Assembly: GCF_018350175.1 (NCBI RefSeq)
Contig: NC_058368.1
Span: 14,634,001 to 14,698,000, forward strand
DNA: 64,000 nt
Direction of reading: 5' to 3'
From: Felis catus
Taxonomy: Eukaryota
Positions 1-12,187 of this stretch are shown here, piece after piece. A program made the position numbers and the translations under genes. The notes beneath the pieces are model-generated. The model was not told the origin of the DNA and did not search any database. It worked only from the letters and a program-made list of their open reading frames with translations. The stretch's first letter is position 1, and each line of letters starts with the position of its first letter.

Positions 1-560
1 CCGTCCTAGTGCAAACCACCATCATCTCTCAGCAGGATCAGCACAAGAGTCTTTCCTTTGGTCTTCTTGCCATTATGCCTTCTCAACACAGTAGCAGAGT
101 GACCCTGGTAAGGCATTAAAATACATCGTGGAGCTCCCCTGCTCATGAAGCTCCCCGGCTCACTCAGAGTCAAACACAAAAAATGACCTACAGAGTCATC
201 CACACTTCACTCCTCCTCCTTACCTCTCAGATTGCATCTCTTTTCTCCTTTCCCTTTTGCTGTCTCCACCACAACACACTTCTCATATCTTGAACATACC
301 AGGCAGACTCTTACTGTGCACAGATATCTGCATAACCCCTCCCTCAGCTGCTTCCGTCTTTGCTCAGACCTTCTGAGTGACCTTGACTGCCTTACTTAAA
401 ACTGCACCTTGCCCCTCCACTGCTAGCACTCCCAATCACCTTTCCTTGTTCTATCGTTTTCCCGTAGACTCTGGACTTTCTATTTGCCATCTTTCATTGA
501 TCTATGATGCGCTATGATTTCTACAGTTAAACATTTCTGATACTGAGATACAACTGACAA
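1..560 (+). mobile_element. L2 LINE fragment, probably resuming near 1530-1650
   Basis: L2-like motifs, e.g. CAAACCACCATCATCTCTC and CTTCTCAACACAGTAGCAGAGTGACCCT; later TAAGCTTCATGAGGGAGGG...CTCAATAAATGTT. Confidence 0.5.
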
Positions 561-588
561 TCACGATGTCTTCCAACTGATTGGCAGG

Positions 589-726
589 TTTTTTCTTTTG
601 TTTTTATTTTTTTATTTAAAACATTTTATAGTAATCTCTATGCTCAGTGTGGAGCATAGATCTCAGACCTCATGACCTCGAGATCAAAGGTCGCAGGCTC
701 CACCAAGTGAGGCAGAGAAGCGCCCC
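589..726 (-). mobile_element. Older short CAN-SINE (tRNA-derived)
   Basis: Reverse complement starts GGGGCGCTTCTCTGCCTCACTTGGTGGAGCCTGCGACCTTTGATCTCGAGGTCATGAG and ends in an A-rich tail. Confidence 0.7.
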
Positions 727-779
727 ACTTTTCTCTTTTAGAGTAGCACATAGGATGATGGTGCATGTTACAGTTGAGG

Positions 780-1492
780 GGTGATGGATTGTTTGCAGAA
801 ATGGCTGTGATTGTTCCCTCCTTTGTATCCACCCCTCTTTTGTGGCTCCTCTATTTCCTTACCTGCCTGCTGTGGTGGCTTGCTTCGAGAAAGATACTAC
901 AGCTGGGGGGCGCCTGGGTGGCTCAGTTAGTTAAGTGTCCGACTTCAGCTCAGGTCATGCTCTCACGGTTCGTGAGTTCGAGCCCCGCGTTGGGCTCTGT
1001 GCTGACAGCTCAGAGCCTGGAGCCTGCGTTGGATTCTGTGTCTTCCTCTCTCTCTCTGCCCCTCCCCCACTCATGCTCTGTCTCTCTCTCCCTCTCAAAA
1101 ATAAATAAACATTAAAAAAATTTTTTTAAAAATTAAAAAAAAAAAAAAAGATACTACAGCCAGAATGAGAGGCCAGCTCTGAGCCTGGTCCTCAAGAAGC
1201 CTTGTGTATGTTTGCTCTCTTTTGGAATTCTGCTTCCGCCATACGACAGCCCCAAGCTAGCCTGCTGGATGATGACAAATGGCCCAGGTGCCTCTATTGC
1301 CCCAGTTGACAGCCAGAAACGCTGAAAGCAGAGGTGCCCAGCTCCTAGGGAGCTGCTGGTGAATCAGAGGAGTAATCTCAGGAGAGATCACAAGAACGCC
1401 CAGCCGAGCCCAGGTGAAAGTGACCCGCAGCACAGTGACTTATGCCATGGTTTGTCTTTGATGCCTTTTATTAGGCAACAATAACTGATACC
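780..1492 (+). mobile_element. MaLR LTR relic (MLT1-like), interrupted by a SINE
   Basis: Ends in the MLT1-type terminus GCAACAATAACTGATACC; body resembles MLT1 by recall; boundaries approximate. Confidence 0.55.
905..1146 (+). mobile_element. Feliform CAN-SINE
   Basis: GGGGCGCCTGGGTGGCTCAG head, CT-rich body, AATAAA/A tail; TSD AAAGATACTACAGC at 890-903 and 1147-1160. Confidence 0.95.
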
Positions 1493-1835
1493 AGTGGTGT
1501 CTGAAATTCAGCGAAATACAGGAAATAATTTTCTTATTATGCTTATAGTGTATTTCCCTCCAAGTAAAATATAAGCTTCATGAGGGAGGGAGTTTTGCCT
1601 CTTGTTCTACTGATGTGTGCATCTCTTCCATCTAGAAATCTCAATAAATGTTACTTAACTGCCTCAAATGTGTGTAAATATGGGATAATCCTATTTTTGT
1701 TAAAGACCAGAAGCAACATGCTTATGTCTTCATGGTAGTTATCTCCTGGTGGTGGAATTACTGATGTTTTTACCCCTTCTTTTGGTTTACCCGTAATGTC
1801 TAATTTTCAACAATGAACATGCATTTCTTTTGTAA

Positions 1836-1875
1836 AAGAAAGAAGAAAGAAAGAAAGAAAGAAAGAAGAAAGAAA
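1836..1875 (+). repeat. (GAAA)n microsatellite
   Basis: Direct reading. Confidence 0.9.
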
Positions 1876-2480
1876 CCATTTGGGATGTACTTAAAACTTT
1901 CAACAATAAAATTGTAACTCATCTAATCACTACCCTTAGGGAGATATACCTCCTCACTGCCGTGGTGTGGGTTTCAGTGCTTTTATGTTTGTGGCATCTG
2001 GGAGTTCTAGGGTTAATGATACAAGCATTTTCACCGCCAAGAGGAAAATATCAACTCTGAACAACTTCCTGCTTTATGGGTCTATTGAAATCGTTACCCA
2101 AAACTCTTCCTGATCTGCTATTTCAGTTCCACATATGCTAAAACTTAGTTAGCACCTCTCCTTAATGTTAACCGATCACTCTGGTTCTTATTTGCAGCTA
2201 TTAGCACATCGAAATGATGTCTCTTGGTTCGAGAATCCAGACACCCGCCTGTATTTACTTTTTTTGTACTGAGTTAGCATTTATTTGTTGAACATCCTTT
2301 CTACAGAACTTTATTAATGTCCACATTTACACTAACCAGGTTGAAGAGGGTAGCAGGGCTAACACGCCACATGCTATTTGTTCACTATTGATGAATGTTC
2401 ATTACTGACAAACCTTAGCCAGTATGTGGGCACAAGAAATGTTATTTCTTTATGTATTTTAATGGAAAGGCTAGAGTGCT

Positions 2481-2885
2481 TTTTTTAAATTGAGGTATAG
2501 TTGACACACAACGTTAGGTTAGTTTCAGGTGTATGGCATAGTGATATGACAAGGCTATGCTCTTGTTCTCTGCTCACCACAAGGGTAGCCACCATCTGTC
2601 ACCATATAACACCGTCACGATACCAGGGACTATATTTTTTTACCCTGTACCTTTCATCCCTGTAACTTACTCATTCCATCACTGGGAGCCTGTACCTGCC
2701 ACTCCCTTCGCCGATTTGTCCAACCTCCCCACCTCCCCCAGCAGCCATCAGTTTGTTTTCTGTATTTATGGGTCTGTTTCTGCTTTTTGTTTGGTTGTTT
2801 GTTCACAAGTTTGTTTGGGATAATTTTAGATTCTACATGTAAGTGAAATCATAAGGCAGTTGTCTTTCTCTGGCTTATTTCACCT
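2481..2885 (-). mobile_element. L1 3' end fragment (L1MA/carnivore type)
   Basis: TTTAAATTGAGGTATAGTTGACAC...TTAGATTCTACATGTAAGTGAAATCATA...GGCTTATTTCAC, typical antisense L1 3' UTR. Confidence 0.75.
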
Positions 2886-3562
2886 AAGGGCTACAGTACT
2901 TTATAACATTTGATTTGAAAGCTCTCTCTCCTTCACTGACAATCCAACTGCTTATTAAGGCATTCTTCCTCCCTGCATCCTGCCATCCTTTTGCCCCAGA
3001 ATATTTGCTAAGCCCTCTTCTTTTTAGGTGCAGTGCTAAGTGCTACAGAGAAAAACGCGGGGGAGAGACGGTGAGAACACTGACCTTCCAATAAAGTGAG
3101 ACAGGCATGCAAACACATGCTTGCCCTACAGCGAAATGAGTTTTACTGGTGAATAGTATGGAATAGTACAGCGGTGCACAAAGCAGAAATGACCCAGTTT
3201 ACTTACTGCAGGTGGGGGTGGGAGTGGTTGGCAAAGACTTCACCGAATGGAGATGCACCAGTGGATCTTACAGGATGACTAGAACTAGACTGGGTGGAGG
3301 GATGGGGTGTTGGGGGAAGAGGGGGCCAGAGGCAGCAGATGAGGCAGGAGAGAGAGAGAACAGGGACATAAAAAGTCTTCCTTTTGAAAAATAACAGCTT
3401 TACTAGGATATAATGGTTTTAGCTGAGGGCAGTGGCATTTCAGTGTCCATTGTCTCTGGTCCCTCCTAGGGCTGACCAGTGGGGCCCCAGTGTCACTAAC
3501 CTGGAGGAGCATTCACCAGTTGTGCAGAAGTTCCCTCACTCCTGCTCTGGGAAGATCTGTCC

Positions 3563-4246
3563 CACTTCACATATCATAGAAGTCACCCTTTTAAAGTGTG
3601 CAATTCAGGAGTTGTTAACATATTCGTAGAGCTGTGCAGCTTTTATGACTATATCATTTTAGAAGGTATTCTTCATGCTCGCTTCGGCAGCACATATACT
3701 AAAGTTAGAAGGTATTCTTTATTTCCAAAAGAAACCCCATACCTGCTAGCAGTCACTGCCTATTACCAGCTACCCCTAATCCCTGGACTTGCTCCTTCTG
3801 GATATTTCATATAATGGAATTATACAATATGGAGCCTTTGGTAAGTAACTTCTTTTATAGTGTGATGTTTTCAAGATTCATCTGTGTTGTGGTGCAAATC
3901 AGTACTTCATCTCCCATTATGGCAGAATACTCTTGATTGTATGGTAGATCATATTTTATTTATCTGCTCATCAGTTAATCACATTTGAATTGTTTCCACT
4001 TTGGGGCTATTACGATTAATGCTGGTGCGAACATTTGTGTACAGGTTTTTTTGCGAACGTTATGTTTTCGATTCTCTTGGGCATATACCTAGGAGTGGAA
4101 TTGCTAGTCGTGTGGTAACTCTACCTTTAATGTTTTGAGGAACTGCCAAACTATTTTTCAAAGTGGATGCACCATTTTCAATTCCCACAAGCAATGTATG
4201 AGGGTTTTAATTTCTCTGTATCCTCTCCAACAGTCGTTAGTGTCTG

Positions 4247-4281
<35 letters not shown>

Positions 4282-4375
4282 CATCCCGCTGGGTGTGAAG
4301 CAGCATCTCATTGATATTTTGATTTGCTTTGCCCTAATGAGGAATGATGTTGAGGCTGCCTGGGCTTTTATAATC
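3563..4375 (-). mobile_element. Old L1 (L1MB-like) 3' fragment hosting the U6 copy
   Basis: CACCCTTTTAAAGTGTGCAATTCAG...ATATACCTAGGAGTGGAATTGCT...GAGGAACTGCCAAACT...CAATGTATGAGGGTT. Confidence 0.8.
3675..3706 (+). pseudogene. RNU6: 3'-truncated U6 snRNA retrocopy (U6 nt 1 to about 32)
   Basis: ATGCTCGCTTCGGCAGCACATATACTAAAGTT vs U6 5' end GTGCTCGCTTCGGCAGCACATATACTAAAATT; flanked by AGAAGGTATTCTT(C/T) at 3661-3674 and 3707-3720. Confidence 0.92.
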
Positions 4376-6090
4376 ATTCATTTCTCTCAATGCATCTGTC
4401 TGTTTAGCTGTTTAATACAAAAATGCTTCCCTGGGTTTTAAAAAAAGATAACACAATTAACTCATTTCCTTCCAGCCACAGTCTTATCGCTAGCTTTCTA
4501 TTCTCAGCCAAAGCTCAGCCAAAAATAAAGAGTTAGCTATATTTCTCTGGTTTTATTTCCTTACCCTATACTCATCCCTCCACAGGCCACCATGTTGCAC
4601 AACGCCAGAATATAATGAATTTGGTGTTGGTGGAGTGGTACAATGGTAGTTGTCCTGCTGGACACTCCCGATTCCCTCTGAAAACTGGCTTCTAGGATCC
4701 ATCAGTTTTTGGAAACTGCACTTTCCTATAAGGCACAGCTTCTCACCCTCTCACTGGCATGCTGAGAATAGGCTAGAGGTGGGCCAAGCTAACGATCATT
4801 TACCCTTCAGGGCAGTCAGGTGGGTCCCAGAAAGCTGGAGCTTCTGGGCTGGTTGCATCCAGCCGTGGGCAGCCTTGTCTGGTTACCCCTGGGTATCACA
4901 CAAATATCACTTTGTACTCTGCTGGGAGAAAGGGTTGAGAAGTACTGCCAAGGTAACTAATAACTTCCATATTGCTAAATCCAGCAGATTTGTATCTATC
5001 TTTTGTCTCTGATGTACCCTCTACCCTTGGCTTTCACAATACAGCCCTGTCCTGGGTTCTTCCTTCTTCTCCAGCTGCTTCTTCGTCTCTTCTCTTGTGC
5101 ATGTCCTCCTCTACCCAATCACTATAAGCTGAAGTTCTTTAAGGTTCCTAACTCCTCTCCTCTTACTCTATACTCAAGCATTCCCATCCATCAGTTAGTT
5201 CCTATATGTAGACCACTTACACATTCTGTGTCCTCTAGGCTCCAGACTAATATAACCTACTGCATGCTTGAGGTCTTTTGGTGTGTCAAACTCACCTCAA
5301 AACGAACATGTCTGAAACTACATTTAGCATCCACCTCTGCTCTTTCAATCAGCTCTCCACCAGAGTTCCCTAACTCAGAGACTAGGAGGGAACATTATCC
5401 ATATCTGTAAGGGGAAAACCTAGAATCATCCCTGTGGACTCTTGCTCAAACTACTCTTGTTTAAGCCCCATTAAGTATAGCTCCCAAATGTCAGTATCCA
5501 CCTCTCCACTACCATTACTGAGTCTCTCCACTCTCATCTCTGTACAGCCTTCTGTTTCTATCTTCTCAGCCTGCCGCCTTCACTCTCCATACCCCGCCAG
5601 AGTGATCCTTTTGAAATGAAAATCAGATCAGATCTCTACCCCTGCCTCCTGCTTAAAACCCCTCACTTACTCTGGCGTTAAAGATAAACCATTGTTCTGC
5701 CTGGAAGACCCACGTAACTGCCCGTCTCTTATGCGTCTCATACCTTGCTCCCTCCACACTGGCCAGATCTCATCTTCTTGGGCTGGCCATGCTCCCTTCC
5801 ACCACCGAAGCTTTGTTGACATTGTTCCAACAAATGCTCTTTTCTCCCTTTTACCTGGTTAACGCCTACTCATCCTTCTAATCTCAGCTCAGGAAGACTT
5901 CTTTAACCTCCCCATCTCCATCAAATTCCCCTATCAGTTTCTCTCATAGTATTCTGCATCTATCCTTTATAATACAGTTGACCCTCAAACAACACATGTT
6001 TGGACAGCATGGGTCCACTGACACATGGATATTTTTCAGGAAAGACTGTACAGTACTGTGAATGTATTTTCTCGTCCTTATGATATTCTT

Positions 6091-6295
6091 TTTTTAATGT
6101 TTATTTATTTTGAGAAAGAGAACATGCATGTGAGCAGGGGAGGGGCAGAGGGAGAGGGAGAGACAGAATCCTAAGCAGGCTCCACACCGTGGGCACAGAG
6201 CCTGACACAGGGCTCGATACCACCAAGTGTGAGATCATGACCTGAGCTGAAATCAAGTGTCCGTCGCTTAATCGACTGAACCACCCAGATGCCCC
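6091..6295 (-). mobile_element. Feliform CAN-SINE
   Basis: Antisense SINE; TSD TCCTTATGATATTCTT at 6075-6090 and 6297-6312. Confidence 0.93.
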
Positions 6296-6360
6296 TTCCT
6301 TATGATATTCTTAATAACATTTTCTTTTTTCTAGCTTAGGTGATTTAAGAATACGGTATT

Positions 6361-6583
6361 GGGGCGCCTGGGTGGCGCAGTCGGTTAAGCATCCGACTTC
6401 AGCCAGGTCACGATCTCGCGGTCCGGGAGTTCGAGCCCCGCGTCAGGCTCTGGGCTGATGGCTCAGAGCCTGGAGCCTGTTTCCGATTCTGTGTCTCCCT
6501 CTCTCTCTGCCCCTCCCCCGTTCATGCTCTGTCTCTCTCTGTCCCAAAAATAAATAAACGTTGAAAAAAAAATTAAAAAAAAA
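6361..6583 (+). mobile_element. Very young felid CAN-SINE (SINEC_Fc-like)
   Basis: CpG-rich GGGGCGCCTGGGTGGCGCAGTCGGTT...GTCACGATCTCGCGGTCCGGGAGTTCGAGCCCCGCG; perfect TSD AAGAATACGGTATT at 6347-6360 and 6584-6597. Confidence 0.96.
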
Positions 6584-7484
6584 AAGAATACGGTATTAAT
6601 ACATATACAAAATATGTGTTAATCGACTTTTTATGTTCAGTCAACAATAGACTATTAGTAGTTACATTTGGGGGGAGTCAAAAGTTATTTGAAAATCTCT
6701 GCATGTGTGGGGGTTGGCACCCCAACCTTAACATTGTTCAAGGGTCAACTATGATGTGCTCCCCAGAGTTGAAATGATATTTGTGCAATTAATTAATGTC
6801 TATCCACTGCTAGACTACAAACTTCAAGAACCAGAGGGTGGATTCATTTGGCTCCTTACTGTATACTCAGTACCCAGCATGATGCCTGGTGCATCTTAGG
6901 TGCTTAAGAACTATTTATGGAATGAATGAATAAATGCCTAAAAAGTTTGCAATTTATTCTGTGGGCTTCACTTAAAGAATATAAGCAGAAAAATAAAATT
7001 ATTTGAATTTTAAAAAGAAAGCTGAGTCAGTAGTTCTGAGTTGGGATAGGCAGGGGTTGAAAGGACCAGTATGAGACCTGTCACACCAGTGCAGTTGAGA
7101 TATGATGGGAACCTAAACCAAGGCAGTACCAGAGGGACTGAAGAGCAGAGGGTGGCTGTGATGACGTATAGAAGTAAAACTGATAGAACTTAGTGACTCA
7201 TTGAGGGGCTGCGTCATTGGGGCAGGGAGCGCACCAACTAACCCCGAGCACATAGGAGATAGAACTTGTTTGTAGAAAGACTGAGGGGGATCAATTTTGA
7301 ACTTGATGCATTCGAGGTCCAGATGAGACATGCAGAGGGAGAAGTGCAACAGGTCTTATATTTTTACTTGCTTTTACACAGGTTTCCTCTTGGGCTATTA
7401 ACAAGGTGCACTCATTCTTTTAAAAACAAAATACAACTTGGAAGCTTGTCACCCTTTACTTCTGCTCTTAACAAAATGTCTTTG

Positions 7485-7698
7485 GGGGCACCTGGGTGGC
7501 TCAGTTGGTTAAGTGTCCAACTTTAGCTCAGGTCATGATCTCACAGTCTGTGGTTGGAGCGCCACATTGGGCTCTGTGCTGAGAGCTCAGAGCCTGGAGT
7601 TTGCTTTGATTCTGTGTCTCCCTCTCTCTCTGCCCCTCCCCCACTCATGCTCTGTCTCTGTCTCTCAAAAATAAATAAACTTAAAAAAAAATTTTTTT
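7485..7698 (+). mobile_element. Feliform CAN-SINE
   Basis: Typical head and tail; TSD AATGTCTTTG at 7475-7484 and 7699-7708. Confidence 0.93.
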
Positions 7699-7889
7699 AA
7701 TGTCTTTGAAAGGGCAGGGGATGCATTCTCCATCCCCATGTGCTTATTTCCTATCCGTGTCTGTAGGCTCCATTCTCTTGTCATATCTGAAACTGCTTTC
7801 AGTAAACCTCCCAGAAGCCAAAACTAGTGCCCTGAGAGACTGAATGTACAACTGGACAATGCTGGCCCAGATATAAAAATGGAACTTTG

Positions 7890-8125
7890 GGGCAACTGGG
7901 TGGCTCAGTCAGTTAAGCATCTGACCATTGGTTTCAGCTCAGGTCATGATCTCACGGCTCAGGGGATTGAGCCTCACTTCAGGCTTCTGTTATAGCAAGG
8001 AGCCAGCCTACTTGGGATTCTCTCTCCCTCTCTTTCTGCCCTTCCCCTGCTCATGTGTTCCGCCCCTCCCCCCCCCCCCGGGCTTTCTCTCTCTCTCTGT
8101 CTCAAAATAAATATATAAACTTAAA
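7890..8125 (+). mobile_element. CAN-SINE
   Basis: TSD AAAAATGGAACTTTG at 7875-7889 and 8126-8140. Confidence 0.93.
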
Positions 8126-8378
8126 AAAAATGGAACTTTGACTCACACCCAGCCCAGGAGACCAACCCCCATATCTATAATAACCAGCCCAGACAGCCGG
8201 TCTGCTATATGTCAAGCTTGCAGGTAGCCAGATTGCCATCCCTAACGACAATTTATAACAGCCCCAAATGGTCAGAATTTGACCAATAGCTGACAACCTC
8301 CCTATTTTTGTCCCCACCTCCAACTCAGGACCAACCAGAGAAAACTAAATATGCATCCTAACCAATCCCATAGGATAT

Positions 8379-8548
8379 GTTTTTAAGCTTCTTTGAGAGA
8401 GAGGGGGGAGGGCAGAGAAAAAGAGAGAGAGAGAATCCCAAGCGGGCTCTGCACTGTCAGCACAGAGCCCGATGCGGGGCTTGAACTCACAAACTGTAAG
8501 ATCATGACCATGTCCCTAAGTGGGACTCTTAGCCAACTCAGCCACCCC
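8379..8548 (-). mobile_element. CAN-SINE, slightly 5'-truncated
   Basis: Antisense SINE body; TSD TAGGATAT at 8371-8378 and 8549-8556. Confidence 0.85.
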
Positions 8549-10599
8549 TAGGATATTCCCCTTCCAGTTAACCCACCTACTGCTTCATGGCAACAGCCTC
8601 CAATCAGGCACCTGCAGCCTTCTCTTTTCTACTCTAAACCCCTCCCACTCTTCTGGCTGCCTGTGAGTCTCTGCCAAAGGCAAGTGATGGTGGATGATTC
8701 CTTTGCTACAGCAAACTCGGCATAAATAGCTTGTTTCATTTGGTTGGTCTATGTTTAGCTCCACAAACCTTCGCTTTTTATCTGAGGAAACTACTTGACT
8801 ACATTTGACACCACTCATCATTCCCTCCCTCGCCTCTTCCCTTGGCTCCTGAACCCTTAACTTCTGATCCACAGTCCCTCAGGTATCTGATGTCTTGGCT
8901 TCCTTCGGGATCTCTCCTGCTTGGTGTCTCCAGGGTTCCTTCCTCAGCCTTCTTTCCTACATACTTTCATAAGTCTCCTTGTGTGATGGCATCTACCCTT
9001 TAAGGTTTCAACAACCGCTATTCTGCTCCACCTCCAGATCACCGTGTCCAGCCCAGACCTGTGTCTCTTGGTTATCTTCTTTCAGATGCTCCACAATCAC
9101 CTAAACCTAACATACTCAAAACCAAACTCGCCCCTTGTCCTCTTCTCTCCTGTATTAGTCATTCCACAGTCACCGCGTCACCCGAGTGAAATGCCGATTC
9201 CTTTGGCCTTCTAAATATTTCTTTAGCTCTTTTCCTCCTCTCCATTCGTATTGCCAGTGCCCACTTTAGGACTTCACAATATCTTCCTAAAATATTATGA
9301 GTCCCCTACTTGGTTTTCCAGTTGCCAGTCATGCTCCCTTTCATACAATCCCCCGCAATGTTGACAGAGGCATCTTTTAAAAACATGCATCGCAACATGT
9401 CATGCCCAAACTAAAACCCTTTAATGCCTCTTTATTATTGAATAAGTCGTACAAGGTCCCTGTGATATCCTCATCAGCCATTTTCCTGCCATGCCAGACT
9501 TTGAACTTGATGTTCTAAGCAGACACATCACACCGTTAGACCCCCGAGCCTGTGCAGAGACGTGTGTTCCCAGATGGTGTCAAAACCCTCATGATTCTCT
9601 CGCTTGCGTCCTTGTTGACGACCTACTGTCTTAGCTTAGAATCCTGACAGAACGTTTATGGAAAGCTGTTTGATGCCTGTGAAGAGATCTCTGCCCAGGT
9701 AACTTCTGGCCGGAAGACGATGTTGGACTAAATTCTCCATGATTTATGAACTTAGAATTCTCTTTCTTGGAAGCCCTAGTTTAGACTTGGCTTTTAGGTG
9801 TGGCTGAAACCAAATGCAGGCATACAGGTTTTCTCAGGAGAAGGGGAATTTCAAGCTCTTGTCCCCAGAAGTTTTTCATCTGCTGCATCCCTCTTTATAC
9901 TTACAAATGTGGCCCTTTCCCTTCTACGACCCGTCACCAGACAAGGGGCAGGGCGGGCTCCCTCTGCTCTCCGGAGACACTGCGAGCACTCCCAGCAGGC
10001 ATGCTAGTGTCAGCCAAACCAACAGGAAGAAAGAAAGTCAATATCGAGGGCAACTGGCAGATTGTTAAAGCTGGGCCTCACGTGGAAGGAAGATAATGGT
10101 CTGGTGATTTCACATGTAAACAGTTTTAAGATGCCAATAGCCGCCAGGCAGCCTTTCACATCACATATCTGTGAAGAGCATCGGCACTGGGGGAAGGCAG
10201 GGAGACAGGAAACTCTTGCCCGGGACCGAAAATATAGTAACTTGTATTAAAGAAAGGAGCAGCTCATTTTCCAAGTGCCAGCTTGTGCCTTTCTGACTTA
10301 CGGCAGGACTTTTGAGGCTAACTACTCAAATCTAAAGTTACTGCGGCTGCCTCCCCTGCTTGTGGCAAATGATGAAGCGGAAGACAGTGTAGGAGAGTAA
10401 ATAGAGCTCTAGGAGGCCGGCTCTGGCCGGGAACTAAATCCCATGTTACAGCAGATATTAAGACTGACACTGTGGGAGAGTGAGGATAATCTTTATGGGG
10501 GATAATAAGATGGCAAACGTTTTAGATAGTTCAGCTGCCTCCAGCAGGAAGCTTGCTGCGCTGTATGATGTAGATTCATGTTTTTTAAATTACCATGCC

Positions 10600-10971
10600 C
10601 CCTACATGCACATACACACTACACGCATATATATACATGCCGCACATGCATGCACACTTAGATACAACCATACCACATACACTGTCACATGTGCACATAT
10701 ATACACAACATACACGTACACACATGCACATGAACACATATATACCACATGCAACGCATACACATACACACATGCATATACATATATACCACACACATAT
10801 GCACCCATATATACAACACACACATACACACATACCACATACAACAAACACACACATACATGCATACAGGCATACACAGACAGCACACACATATGCACAC
10901 ATACACATACTCCCCCCATATACCACATGCATACACATAGTGCATATATACCGCACACATATATACACAGA

Positions 10972-11005
<34 letters not shown>

Positions 11006-11025
11006 ATATCCATGCGCATACTTGC
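10600..11025. repeat. Degenerate (CA/TA)n low-complexity tract ending in pure (CA)n
   Basis: Direct reading; source of the His/Thr- and Cys/Val-rich spurious ORFs. Confidence 0.95.
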
Positions 11026-12187
11026 AGGATAACTAGTTAATAACAGCACCAGGCACTCTAGCAATGGCACCCGTGCCTCTGGGGAGGTGGACTGGGGAAA
11101 TGAACTTGCTAACACAGCAGCGCAGAAGCAGTGGTGGTGTGGGTCTGAGCTCCAAAGCCAAACGTTGATGCAACAGACTGTAGAATGGAAAAGCTCCACC
11201 TCTATGTCACAGGGTCCCCAGCTCACATAGAGATCGTGATGAGTTGCTACAGTTGGGACATTTCTCAGGACATATTCATGCCCCGCAGGGCAGGAAACAG
11301 CAAACAGCTTACCCACCAACTGTGCTTTTGACTACCTTGAAACGGTATCTGTTTCTCTAATAGGGGCACACAGCCTCTCTTGTGAAAGCTAACCTTCTTG
11401 GAAATGATCCCCAAGTCTCCAGACTGTAAGAGGCATGGTAGAGGCCAGGGCTAGAGTTGCCCAGAGGCCAGTCTGGATTTAGGACCACATTAAGGCGAAG
11501 TGAAACCTTGTGCATTTATGGTGGGGAAGCCACATGGATTTCCGCAGCAGATGGGGCCCTGGGGAGGAGAGCAGGTTGAAGCCCGGGATGGAGCAGGTGG
11601 AAGCCATGGTAATATCAGGCTTTATGTGGCTGTTTGTGCTACAACATGGGCTAGTGGAGCTGGGCATGGAGAGGGGGCAGGAGCCTGTGGTAGGAGGCCT
11701 GACGTGGCCCCATGAAACTCTGGCCTTCCTCTTATCCATGAGAGCAAGCCCTGATGACAGGTTGGGGCTAGAGCTGAGTAGGATAATACTGAGTGTTATC
11801 CTAACAGGATATCCTAACAGGACTAACACGAGTGACCCCTGAGGCCTGAGGGCATCCTCTGCTCCTGTCAGCACCATCCCTGTGCACTGGGCTTTGGTTA
11901 AGAGAGGGTTCCAGAGGCTCTGCTCAGCTGATAGTAAAGAGATCCAAGGCTCAGCAGCAAACATCCTTCCGGCAGCTTGGTCACCCAGGCCATGGGTCGT
12001 TGCTTTCCCCACTTTTCTGAATGCAACTCTGGGCATTCTACAGACTCAGGTTGCCTAGGTGATATCTGCCTCCTTCCTTTTCTCCACCTTGGTGTATTTT
12101 CATCAGACGTTTCTGTGCGACTATGTTGAGAAAGGAAGGCTCTCTTGCGAGAGGGCCCTGAGAAGCAGCAATATTAAGGCAGACATA

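Larger units (their letters stand above)
5975..6751 (+). mobile_element. Tigger2-type non-autonomous DNA transposon containing two SINEs
   Basis: TIRs CAGTTGACCCTCAAACAA and TTGTTCAAGGGTCAACT; TA before the left end. Confidence 0.85.
4950..6935 (+). mobile_element. L2 LINE 3' region interrupted by Tigger2 and SINEs
   Basis: CTTCCATATTGCTAAATCCA, CTCCAGACT, CCAGAGTGATCCTTTTGAAATGAAAATCAGATCA; L2 end GAATGAATGAAT near 6920-6932. Confidence 0.65.
7833..8765 (+). mobile_element. Probable ERV solo LTR (family not assigned) with two SINE insertions
   Basis: TG...CA ends, several CCAAT boxes, poly(A)-like CATAAA near the 3' end; no clear TSD seen. Confidence 0.5.

Noticed and set aside
905..990. 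tRNA-like A and B boxes at SINE heads
   Set aside because: They are part of tRNA-derived CAN-SINEs, not tRNA genes.
765..1115. 116-aa ORF, and similar ORFs at 7928, 26883, 49043, 49057 and 62750
   Set aside because: They are read through CAN-SINE sequence (GAWVAQLVK...SAQVM motif), not genes.
10480..11040. Several overlapping ORFs of 63-186 aa rich in His/Thr/Tyr or Cys/Val
   Set aside because: They are translations of a CA/TA low-complexity repeat that lacks stops in most frames.
11479..12036. 185-aa minus-strand ORF with overlapping plus-strand ORFs
   Set aside because: No recognisable domain, splice pattern or family; consistent with a chance ORF in moderately GC-rich intergenic DNA.
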